A DNA stretch of 64,000 nucleotides. Source: Monocercomonoides exilis PA203 (Eukaryota > Protista > Preaxostyla). Positions 25,641 through 37,298 of the stretch are shown here, piece after piece. Numbering within the stretch: position 1 is the first letter of the stretch; the number at the start of each line of letters is the position of its first letter. The translations under genes were made by a program, and so were the position numbers. The DNA is taken from NCBI GenBank assembly GCA_001643675.2, contig LSRY02000042.1, forward strand, positions 1 to 64,000, written 5' to 3'. The notes under the pieces are model-generated. The model did not search any database. It worked only from the letters and a program-made list of their open reading frames with translations, and had not been told where the DNA came from.

Positions 25641-27797
25641 AAGAGCTTTTTCGAATTCAGATTTTTCGGAAATTGCATTTGTTTAGTCAGAAAAAGAAAG
25701 GAAACAAAAGAAGAAGAAGAAGACAAGAGGAAGAATTTGATAACAATCAGAAAAGAGTCTTTTTTAGCAATACGTGTAACTCCGATTCATTCATTCTTCA
25801 ACGCATTTTCCTTCACTTTTATTCTTATCTTCTCTTCTTCCTTTTCATCTTCCTCTTCATATTCCTCTTCCTCCACCTCATCATTTTCCTTTTCCTCATT
25901 TTCGTCCTCTTTCTCTTCGTTCTTTTTTTATCTTTTTTTTCTTCTTCATCATCCTCTTCTTCTGTTTTTTCTTCTTCAGCCAAACAAAAAACGAAAGAAG
26001 AAACAAAAGAAACAGTCAAAAAAGTGAATACAAAAGAGAAGGAAAAGCAAACACAGCTAGTAATTGATGAATACAAAGAAGAAAAATCATTCTCTTCATG
26101 TTTTTCTTCAACGTCTCCATTGACTGCCTTATATATATACATGATAATCAGTGCAAATGAAGATGAGGATGATACAGAACAAAATTAAACATATAGCAAA
26201 GATGATAAAGAAGACAAAAGCTTAACCGCTTCAGAGAGAAATGCTGAAACAGGTGAATAAGGTTCCATTACGTTTCAGATAGTAAGTGACAAAGAATGTG
26301 AATTATTGAATGGAATGAACAGAACCTTTTTCTTCTCGTTAACAAGCTTCCTTTTCATGCACTTCATTTTAACATCTTCTCAATTTCTCCTTATGTTTCA
26401 AAGCCTTTAATAATTTACCCTTCTCTGTATTCGCCTGTTCTTTTTTGAATTTTCTTGATGCTTCATTTGATGGCAATAGATGAGAAAAGGAAGCTATTAG
26501 CTCTTTGATGGATGCAATAACTTTGAAATTGGTGGAATAGAATCAGAACCTCCATTTGAACAAGAGGAGGATGAGGAAGAAGAAAAAAAGAGGAAAAATA
26601 AAAAGAACAGCAAAATGTTTGAAAACTCTGATCAGATAAAAGGACGTTGTATAAGTTGAAAGTATTTTTGCAAATACAGGTTGTTGATTTTGCAAAACTT
26701 ATTCACATGAATACATCTTATTGAGGAGAGTGTCAATTCTGATAGCACAAGACAAATGGATTGGAGACGAACAGGCGGAATGCACAGAACCAAAAGAGAA
26801 AGAAATGATGATGTGTCAATTTATGAAGCATATGAATCGAAAACAGTTGCAGCAATTGACCTTCAATTCGCGATTTAAGAGTAACTGCAAATTTGTTAAA
26901 GCACAAATGTGTTTCATGATTCCTTTCTTCTTTTTCTTTACAATTATTGTATCATCGCCTTTTTTTCCCAATCAGATGTTTTAGTCACCATTCTTTCAAT
27001 CTTCACTGGAGCTAATTTTCCGAATGGCATAATGATATCTTCTTCTTCAATAATCTTTAAAAAGATTTATCAGGAGTTTTATTCCAACTTTCAGAGCAGT
27101 TTTTTTCCAGTGAAAATTCAGAAAACCAGTTGAAAACAGACTTGTCAAATGGAAGAAAAAATGAAGCATGCGAAAGCGATCGAAGAAGCACAGAAAAAGG
27201 CAGCAAATGCGAAGAAGATGAGAAAAAAGTGGAAAGAAGTGGATTTTGATAACTTCATTTGGAGTTTGTTTCATAATTAGAGGTAAGCAAGAATTCAACA
27301 ACAAGTTTTCAATTGTGCAGTTTGAAAGCTTTTAATTCTGTTTGATCGCGAACTAAATCATCAGATGCTTCAAAATTTTCAAAAGTTCAATTGTTTCTTT
27401 TGAAATCCTAAAGCGCGTCATTCTTCGATCAGCTCCACCTCTGGATTCCTACACACACAAACCCATAAGAACAAGCAGGTTTTCTGAAAATGATGTGATG
27501 AACGAACTTTCGCAATATTCATCCACGGCATTGTGTGATTTAAGTTTCATGATTTGTGGAGGGATAGCCAGAGGTCTGGGAAGGAGAGGGATGATTGGAT
27601 TAGCAGAACTGGAGTTGTGAATCGAATGGAACATCAGCACTTTGCACATTCAGTCCGATTGCAAATGAATACAAATCAGAATTCTCATGGAACTTGAATG
27701 AAAGGAAAATGAATGTGGAAAAAAAGAAAAAGAAAATAAAAATAAGGTTATCAATTTTTATTTTTCTTTCTTTCTATTATTTTCTTCTTCTTTCTTT

Positions 27798-27876
27798 CTT
27801 TTGTTTTGTTTTGTTTTGTTTTGTTTTGTTTTGTTTTGTTTTGTTTTGTTTTGTTTTGTTTTGTTTTGTTTTGTTT
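27798..27876 (+). repeat. (TTTTG)n microsatellite
   Basis: About 15 tandem TTTTG units. Confidence 0.95.
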
Positions 27877-28901
27877 TTACAAATTCAAAAATGAAGCATT
27901 CTCAAAATATTTCAGTATCAAAAATCCAGAAGATTATTGATTATTTATAATATTGTGAAATGAGAAAATATAAAAATCACATTTTTGATCAGCTAATTTC
28001 AATGCATTTCCTCAGTCGATCATGGAATAATTAGACTGATTTTTGTGTGTGAGAAAATATTTGTTCCCAACTACTTGAAATGATTATGATTCATTGAAAC
28101 TTGATATTAATTATTTATTTCCTTCTTTTTCCATTTGAAAAATAAAAATCCATTTTTGTAGGATTATTAAACGCTTTGCCAATTTGATTAACTTGTATTC
28201 CTTTCAATCTCCAAAAAACGTTCATAAAAAATTCCAGATATTTATATGTCACATTGAAATGCTATGCTGTTTGTTTTCACTAATCCAAAACAACAAAATA
28301 AGTTCGGTTTATCAGCAAGGCATCAACTGATATGTGTTCGGTAAAGCGGACTCTTCTCATCTGTTAAATGTTGTAATAACAGATTTCTATGAAATGATTA
28401 ATAACCTTATTTAATGATAAAATCATACTGTGAGTGAATCCAGAATATTCTAAATTCCACAAACGGTGAATAAGAAATACAAAACAAAAACGCTCAAAAC
28501 CTTTGTTTTCTTGTTATCTCTTCATTCGTTTCATTTTCTTATTCAAATGATAGATTCATCACCTTTTTCACTTTTATCAACAACTCAAACATTCTTTTTC
28601 TGTCATTCTTTCAAATTTCGAAATTTTCTCTTTCATATTCGATATTTCACCTAAGAGATCAATTTATTGAAAAAAATAGAAATAATTCTTCTTTCTTTTC
28701 AATAAACTCTTCAGTATTCAAACACAGAAAAGCAAATGATTTGGACAAACCAATTATTGCATTTTTAACAAGAAATCCTTGCTGAATCCAAATGCTCAAT
28801 GTCAATTTCGCTTTTCGCATCCTCAGCAACCACAGAAATGATGGTTTCTTTTTGTCGTTCAAATGAATGACTTGAAGAAAAATATTTTCTGAAATGCAAT
28901 A

Positions 28902-29351
28902 CAGTCAAAACCGGATATAATCACATCGGTTTTTGCACGACTTTTTGTGACTATATCCGATTGTGATTATAAGCGATGTGACTTAACACAGAAAAATATG
29001 AAATTTAATTTTTGAAATAACTAATTTTGGGTCAATTTTTTTATTTTTGAAAAATTTACACAAATGCACTTTTTTCACTTGCGAAATTAATTTTTTGCGA
29101 AAATGCATATAATTTTGACTTATTTGAGCACATTTTTGAATAAGCGAAATTTTGAAAATTTTGATCAAAAAATCGATTTTTCATTGAAAAAATCACCCAT
29201 AATGAAAAAAAATGTGATTATAAATTTTCATCCCTGTGATTATATTCGATGGGAAATGAATGAAAAACGAGCTATAAATGTTGGTGCATGGAAAAATGTG
29301 ACTATAAACGAATGTGATTGTATTCGATGTGATTATATCCGGTTTTGACTG
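28902..29351 (-). mobile_element. 450-bp MITE, pogo/Tc1-mariner type, copy A
   Basis: Perfect 27-bp TIR CAGTCAAAACCGGATATAATCACATCG, TA on both flanks (28900-01, 29352-53), subterminal ATAATCACA/ATAGTCACA repeats, no credible coding frame. Confidence 0.92.
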
Positions 29352-29991
29352 TATTTAGAAAAAAATTTTATATATATCATATTTGATCAAAGCCAAAAAT
29401 AAATGATAAAAAAAAATTGAAAAACATCAAAATGAATAGGAAATGAAAAGAAAATACCAAAAACAACACATTGAATTCGATTGAAATTGAAAAACATTGT
29501 TGATTTGTTGCAAAATTCAAGGACCGAAAAATTGTATGATTTCAAAAATAATGACCCTCATATTATTCATTCGCTTTTAATGACATGTTTCTAATCATTT
29601 TTTAATAATTATCATTCATATTAAACATTTTTTTCTTGAGAAAAATTCTGATGTTTCAAAAAAATATGAAAAAAATCATATTAGTCTATGTTGCAGTTTT
29701 GATGTTTGATCGAAGTGATAATCAAAAAACGAAAGTTGAAAAAGCTGAAACAAGATAAAAATGAATATATAATTTTGTTTTTTTTTTTGTTGGCACGATC
29801 TCCTTCGTTCAAAAAAAAAATATTTTTATCCAACTGATTCGATCCGAATCAGAAACACTTGTTCAATTTGATAGTTTGTAAAAATATACAAAAAAACATT
29901 GATAATTCGTTTGAAGAATGTCAAAATACATCAAAATGCAAATTTCAAACGATAAAGAACAAACATAATTATTTCAATCGAAAGTGGTATA

Positions 29992-30441
29992 CAGTCTAAA
30001 CCGGATATAATCACATCGAATACAATCACATTCGTTTATAGTCACATTTTTCCATGCTCCGACATTTATAGCTCATTTTTCATACATTTTTCATCGCACA
30101 TAATCACAGGGCTGAAAATATATAATCACATTTTAAATTATTATGGGTGATTTTTTCAATGAAAAATCGGTTTTTTGATCAGAGATTTCAAAAAACCGAT
30201 TTTTCAAAATAATGTTAAAATAAGTCTGAATAACATAATAAAACAATAAAAATTGTAATTTCTATTGAAAAATGAGTATTTGTCAAGTTTTTTCAAAAAT
30301 AAAAAAATTGACCCAAAATTAATTATTTCAAAAATAAAATTACATTTTTTTCTGTGTTAAGTCACATCGCTTATAATCACAATCGGATATAGTCACAAAA
30401 AGTCGTGCAAAAACCGATGTGATTATATCCGGTTTTGACTG
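29992..30441 (+). mobile_element. 450-bp MITE, copy B (inverted relative to A)
   Basis: Same TIR with one mismatch at the left end. TA flanks at 29990-91 and 30442-43. Interior is the reverse-complement homolog of copy A. Confidence 0.92.
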
Positions 30442-30690
30442 TATAGCAAAATTTGAAAGTGATCAAGATTCTGATTGAGTAAAATCATATTTGATTCAAT
30501 CAAATCAAATTAATCTTTTCCAATTCTCAATCACTTATTCTTAGCAAATATCATAGATAGATACGAAAAAGGTCTATTATTTTAAAAGTGTAATTCTTTG
30601 TCAAAAGATATAAATTATATTTCTCTGATCAATTTTAAAGTTATGTAAACATTGATCAATATAGTGTTTAATTGAAGAGTGCTTTTAAGA

Positions 30691-33046
30691 ATGTTTTGGG
30701 GATTAATTCTTTTCAAAATTGTAATAAACATTTATGCAAATGAAGAACCATCTGAATCAATTACAACAGTGTTTGTAAAGCAAAGCGGGAAAGATGAAAA
30801 CAGCGGATTGGCAATCGATCAGGAAAAGCCATCATTGAAGGATGCATATAAAAAGTTGGGGAATGACATTGCGTGCAACATGAAAATTGTTTATGACGAT
30901 AACCCATTGACTGCAGAAGCGATAACCTTCGAAAAGAACAAAGGAATTACGATCGAAGGAGTGAATAGCGATGGAAATGGGAACACTGAAGTGGCAATAG
31001 ATTGTGACGTTCATCCAGGAAGAAATCTATTTGAATTCATTTGTGATGCGGAAATAAAATACTTGACATTTCTTTTTCCAACAACGTTGAGAAATGAAAG
31101 CCAAGAGTATGGATCGTATGTTTTGATACTAGGTGAATATGCTTCGTTGTCAATTAGCAACTGCAGATTTATTCGGCCAAAAGCTGAAGGAAGCGTGGCT
31201 GATTGTCGTCTTGTTTACCAATTTCAAGGATCATTGACAATGGACTCAGTTGAGTGCTCGGATGAATCAAAAACATTAACATCGAAAAGAGAATTATTTT
31301 ATACCATGGGCACACAAGCAGTAATGTTGTCTAACTTGACTTTGAAGAAAGTTGAGACAAATACGTATGCTGTTTTCGATGTCTCAAGTGAAGGAAAATG
31401 TGATGTCACATTGAATGGAAGCAATTTTATTGAATGCAAAACAGTTCGTTTCGGAGCATTGCGTGTTTGTTTCAACAGTGACGAAAGCACATTTACTGTT
31501 GGAGATGGAGGCGTCACCACTTTTTCATCTTGCAGTTGCAATTATGATGATGGTTCTGGAGGAATATATCTTCAAATACCAGCTATTGAATCAACAAGTC
31601 AACTTAACTGGCCCGAAGACGGAACGAATCTGATATTTGACAGATGTTCAGCAGGAGAAGGAGAGTCAAAAAGGAATATTGGATTATATTTGAAGATGGC
31701 TGATGATTCATTATTCGAAGAAATTGCATCAGCGATGAAGAAGAGTTTTGCAGCTAATTACACACGAAGAGGTAACAAGTGGAATGTGGCTGGATTTGAA
31801 AATAATAGTTACATAGAAATTGATTTTGTATCCAAGTATTTAGATCCTTTACTGCCTCCATCGCAAGATGTTTCAAAGATTTATGTGAAGTCTGGAGGCA
31901 CTGGGAATGGCGAAAGCTCAGAAAGACCAATTTACAGTTTGAAGGAGGCCAATGAATTGTTGGGAATGATCGCAAGAGAAGACATATTTGGAATTACAAT
32001 ATTGAAGTCTGACGATCCTATCCAAGCCGAAGAAATTTTATTGAGCAAGAGTCGTGGAATAATCATTGAAGGAGTGAACAGCGACGGAAATGGAAATGCA
32101 GAAGCGACTGTCAATTGTGATGTTAAAAGAACGTATGATTTATTCACATGTGAAAAAGAGGTGGAATTCAAGTATTTGGCATTTAACTTTCCCACGTTGG
32201 AGAACAAATGGAATTCTTTAATATTTGGAAATGATTTGTCTTCGTCACTCACGATCAGCAATTGTCGATTTGTCAGAATTGGAGCTCAATCACCAGATGA
32301 AATGACAACAAACGATAATGAAGATGATTACGTTGTGGGCAATCTTGTGAGCGTTTGGGGGGGAAAAGTCGCTATGAACACTGTCACATGCACAGATAGC
32401 AGCAACACAGTTTCATTTTCTTCATGTCCGTTTTCTTTCAGTGGAACAAGGGAAGTGTCTTTGAATCGAGTTGAGATCAGCAATGTGAAAATTTTATACA
32501 GTCCTGCAATTTATATTTCGGATTCAAAAGACGAAGCTGTGAAAATTTCCATTGAGGGATTGAATATCAAAGATTCAAATTCGGAGGAAGGAGATACAGC
32601 TGGCTTGGACATTATTTTGAGTTCGGAAGAGTCGAAAGTGGAAATTGGAAGAAACGATAAATGTTCATTCAAGTCATGCACAGCTCCAAAGGGGAAAACA
32701 GGGGCAATGTCCATTAAAATGCCAAAGGCAGCATCAAATCTTCAACTTCCTTCTGCAAACAATCTTGAGATTGATGGCTCAAACACAGCCAATTCAACAG
32801 CAAGATCAATATTCATTGTTGCACAAGACTTCGAAGAATTCTGCAAACAAGAAGGCTCATTCGAATTTGCGAATGATTATGACAATTCAACAGCTGGGTG
32901 GATTGTGGGAGCAAAAGACCATGAATCAGAGCCAGAAGATGTGTATGAGAAGTACGTGAAAGTGAGACAAGATCGAATCGCTGAGCAAAACAGAAAGCAA
33001 AAAGAAAAGAAAAGAAGGATGGTAATTGCCATTGTCATTCCGATAG

Positions 33047-33078
<32 letters not shown>

Positions 33079-33177
33079 GCAGTAGTTGTGGTTGTTATTG
33101 TTATTGTTGCCAATAAAAAGAAGGCCAAACACAATGCAAATGAAAGCAAAGAACAAGAAATGAGCACACAGGAGTAG
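30691..33177 (+). CDS. Intact type-I membrane/surface protein (828 aa): signal peptide, two tandem ~370-aa ectodomain repeats, poly-Val TM helix, short basic tail
   Basis: Uninterrupted ORF; the first ATG at 30691 gives MFWGLILFKIVINIYA. Internal duplication: GI.IEGVNSDGNGN.E, KYL.F.FPT and SL.ISNCRF.R each occur twice. TM encoded by (GTT)n. Ends in TAG. Confidence 0.9.
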
Positions 33178-33599
33178 AATTGAGATTTCCTATTCTTTCA
33201 GAGCAATTTTGCTTTATTTTTATTTCATTAAGCATATATTTGTGAATATCATAGAATTTTTCTTATCTTTTCTTCCTCATTAATCGCATTGAAAGTGTGA
33301 TTATTTGTTGAAATGTAATTCAAAGATTTGTTTCATTTCACACACCAATTGTTATTCATCATCATCATTTTTTCGTTCAATTCAGTGGATTGTTTTATTG
33401 TCAAAGTGACATTTTAACTTTTCTGGTTTGTTTCAACAACTTATCAATATAAACGTCTAATAACATTAAAAAAAATTTTTTTTATCGAATTCTTTTTTAA
33501 TGAACAAATTTTCAACAAATAATGCAACATTCAATTCAATGAACATTCCACTTTTTTGGAATTCACAACAAAATAACTCATTTTTTGAAAAAATGACTT

Positions 33600-34520
33600 C
33601 AAGTTTTTGTTATGGATTCCATGATCATCAGAAATGAAAAAACGGAATATTCCATTCATAGAATGAGAAATCCGTGAGGGAGCATGACCTGTAGAGCTAG
33701 AAATATTATTTCCTGTGGAGATAACAAGAAACGAGGCAATACAATATTTTTGAAATTCCATTTGATGATTTTTGTCAATTTAATAGCCAAGGGGAATACA
33801 ACAATTTCATCAATAACACAAAAAGATTTAATGTATGTAATTTTTATTGTTCTATTGTTTGTGAAGATATTTCCGTCTGTATCCTCTCCAAAGTGCAGGA
33901 ATCTGACTTATTGTTGAAATGGCCAATCTCCGCTTTGGAGAGCAATTCGATGAGAATGGAGCAGATTATTATATAGACATTGGGAAATAAATGAAGTTAC
34001 GCAAAGGCCATGATTTTTATTTGGAACAAGAGGTGAAAACAAATTCAACTATAATATTATAAAATGTAGATTTATGGATAGAATTTTGTGAAAGGACAAA
34101 ATCTGCACAAAATAATATAGCATTTTGGAATTTAATGCAGTGGAGCAGCTTGCGGAATTTTTTGGCAAGGAAAGTGGCTGGCAATATCGAGAGAAGGATA
34201 TTAATCACAAAAAAAGGCAAGGATTCAACGAAAAAAGGAAAACCCAAAAATATCGGTTTTATTTATAAGGTTTTCCTGTTTTTCGGACTGCGCCAGGCAG
34301 GCATGGAAAGCGACGAATTTCTATTTCTGATTCCGCTTTTGCTTCAAAAGAGTGGAGAAACGCCAACCACGAGACATCCAATTATCGAGCATTTTTTAGC
34401 TATCGAACAACATTAGGACCGATTTTATTTGGATTTCATTCTTCGAAGGGACTGCCATATTGAACAAGCAAGGCGATTATCATTCGAAGTTTGCTTTCTT
34501 CGACGCCACAGGCAACTACA
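33600..34520 (+). repeat. Dispersed ~0.9-kb repeat, copy 2
   Basis: Inverted homolog of 23090-24050. Its left part is also homologous to 59680-59960. Confidence 0.9.
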
Positions 34521-35798
34521 GAATAATACAGAATATTTGTGTCAACCTCTTCAAGCGCAGCCATCCAGAGATTTTATTGTTATGTTCCATTTGCGTAACA
34601 TCGATGCGGAGTTTATTTGTGGGGACCTTGTTGCTTCGTATTGGGTGCTCTGAGTTGTTTGCAAACGTTAGACAAGACGGCCATGTTTTCTCAGACGAAC
34701 ATCGAGAGTGAGCAATTTCTCTGAAGACTGTTTAATTTATTTATTTCTGATTGTTATGATGTTGGTTTGTGTTTATCTTGTGTTGTGGCTTCTATTAGAA
34801 ATGGTTTTTAAAAATGGAGAATTTCATCAGATTCTGTTTTCAAGCGAACATATTTTATGGAACTGGTTGAGTTCACTCTTCTCCTCAGAGGCTTGGCCTT
34901 CAACAAGAAGAATAAAGTGTCATTCATTTATTCATCTTCTTTGCGAGTTGCAGCAATTATTGAAGCAGTGGCTTTTTTCAAATGTGAGGGTGCTTCCATA
35001 GCGCGTGATAGCTAATGTAATGAGACAGGGAATTCAATTGTTTATTGGCTGGAGATAGCAGCTGTGGTGCAAGAAGAGAAAAGATGCCCAAATTAGAAGC
35101 AACTTAAGAGAGATATTTGTTGCAGAAGCAGAACTGCAGAGGAAACAAACGAACAAGAACAAAAGAAGAAGGAAAGAAAGGACAGAAATGAGAGGAAGAA
35201 AAAAACGAAGAAGAAGAGGAAGAAGAAGAGGAAGAAGAAATAGAAGAAGATGATGAAGTTATTCCAATCACTTGTTCTGTGTGAACAGTTGCCCCTTCTC
35301 CTCTTTTTGAAGTTTTATTCTCATTTCCTCTTTTGGCACTATTTCTTTTTCTTTTTCTTTTATTCTCACTTTTTCTTTGACTTTTTCTTTGATTTTTTCT
35401 TTTCTCGCTTCTTCTGCTTGTTTCATTCCTTCCTTCCTTCTTTCTCGAAGGGAACAGATTCTCCATCACCACTTCTGTTACGTCGCTCTCCACACTCAAC
35501 GAACATATCAAGGTTTCTCCGCTGCTTCTTCTGCTGCTGATACTGCTTCTTCTTCTTCTTCTTCTCCCACTCTCTTTCTCCTCTCTTGTTCTCTTTCTCT
35601 TTCATTTTCTTCTTCTTCCTCTTCTCTTTCTCCTTCTTCTCTTCTCCTTCCACCTCAAACATCATCTAACCAAAAGCAACCTTCTTTCATTTCACCTCCA
35701 ATTACACTAAAAAGATCAATTTCATCATCATCTTCTTCTTCTTCTTCAATGCCAACTGATTCTAATATTTTTAATCAAGATGCAAATATCGCTAAAAA

Positions 35799-35942
35799 TA
35801 AGAAGAAGAAGAAGAAGAAGAAGAAAAACACCAAACTTTCACAACAACAACAATCAAATATTCATTCATTCATTCATTCATTCATCATCATCATCTTCCT
35901 CTTCTTCTTCTTCTTCTTCTTCTTCTTCTTCTTCTTCTTCTT
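35799..35942. repeat. (AAG)n, (TTCA)n and (TTC)n microsatellite cluster
   Basis: AAG run at 35799-35825 and TTC run at ~35899-35942, in opposite orientations. Confidence 0.85.
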
Positions 35943-37298
35943 CCACTTTATATTATTGCATTTCTTAATTATCTGATTCATTTACAGAGATTGAGAAGAA
36001 AGAAAAGAAGAAACGAAAAAATATACAGATAAAAGAAAGATAAGGAACAAAAAACGAAAAGAAGAAGAATGAAAGAAGATAAGAAAGAGAAAGACAAAAT
36101 AGTATTCAACTTTATTGAGCATGATGAATGGAAATGAAATTGAAAAATTATAAAGGAAGAAGATAAGGATGAAAAAGAATAAAGTACATATGGAGAAGTT
36201 TCCAACAACTGCAACAACTATCAATACGAATTCTGCAGTCTACATTGATAAGCACAGGCAATTTACAAATGCTTTATGAATTACCTGCAGGGATGTTCCT
36301 GCAAGGCTCTTTTCTTCACTAGGAGCTAAACAGCACTGTTATTGAAATAAACAGATTTGCTCATCACATAAATAGCGCTGTATCTATTTTCAACTGCAAT
36401 ACTCTATTGAACAAAAGCCATGTTTTTTTGGAAAGTTTCCTTCGAAATGTGTTGTCGAAAGTGAACAGTGACATTCATTGCGTTATGAATGAATCGGTGT
36501 AGAACATGAAAAACGCGACATACAGAAAATGGAACAGATGCGGTTGAGTCGTCTTTGTGGATTTTGAACGTGTGCCGTGATCTTTCTTTATTACGAGACT
36601 GAAGGGTACGACAAGCAAAACCATTGGAGAAAGTTGTGAAATAGCAAAGAGAAATTCTCCTGTTATTCCGTGTAATCATTCGTTCCATATTATTTGCAAT
36701 CAATCGTTGGTGAAATAATTAGTCACAAACACTATTCGTTAATTCAAAAGCAGAGATAATTGGAATTTTTTCAGAAAGTGATATTGCTGAAAGAAGAAAT
36801 AAAATTTCTAATACGGTTGAGCTTGAATCAAGCAAGTTAATATCAGATGCAAAAACAATAATATGGAATTGAGCTTCGGAATTCAACTTAGGATATGTTT
36901 GAAAATATGCAAATGATTTGAACAGTCTGATCAAGGAGGTGGATTTGTGATCTTGAATGTTTACCAGTTCTGAAATCCAACATTTTTCTTTCGGACAATG
37001 TGAAGATTGAACAATTCAAGCATTTCAGAGAAGCTGGTATTTATATTGTCGAAAATAAGAATTTAAAATGCTTCCTTTTTTGGTAATTTCTCAACATTTG
37101 CATGTGAAATGCTTGAAAAGAAAAATCTTAAATTCTCTTTGAAAATATCAAAATATCGGAAATATAACAACAAAATTAAAAATGATATACAACTAATCTT
37201 TTCGTGTATGAATAGATAAAAACAACATTTAGCTTTTGCAAATATTTAGAAAAGTATCGGAAATATGAAAAAAATCTGAAAACAAAATAATTTTTTAA

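Noticed and set aside
25622-27900. Overlapping Phe/Ser- or Lys/Glu-rich ORFs
   Set aside because: Products of purine/pyrimidine-skewed simple sequence.
35104-36224. ORFs in both directions
   Set aside because: Trinucleotide microsatellite translations.
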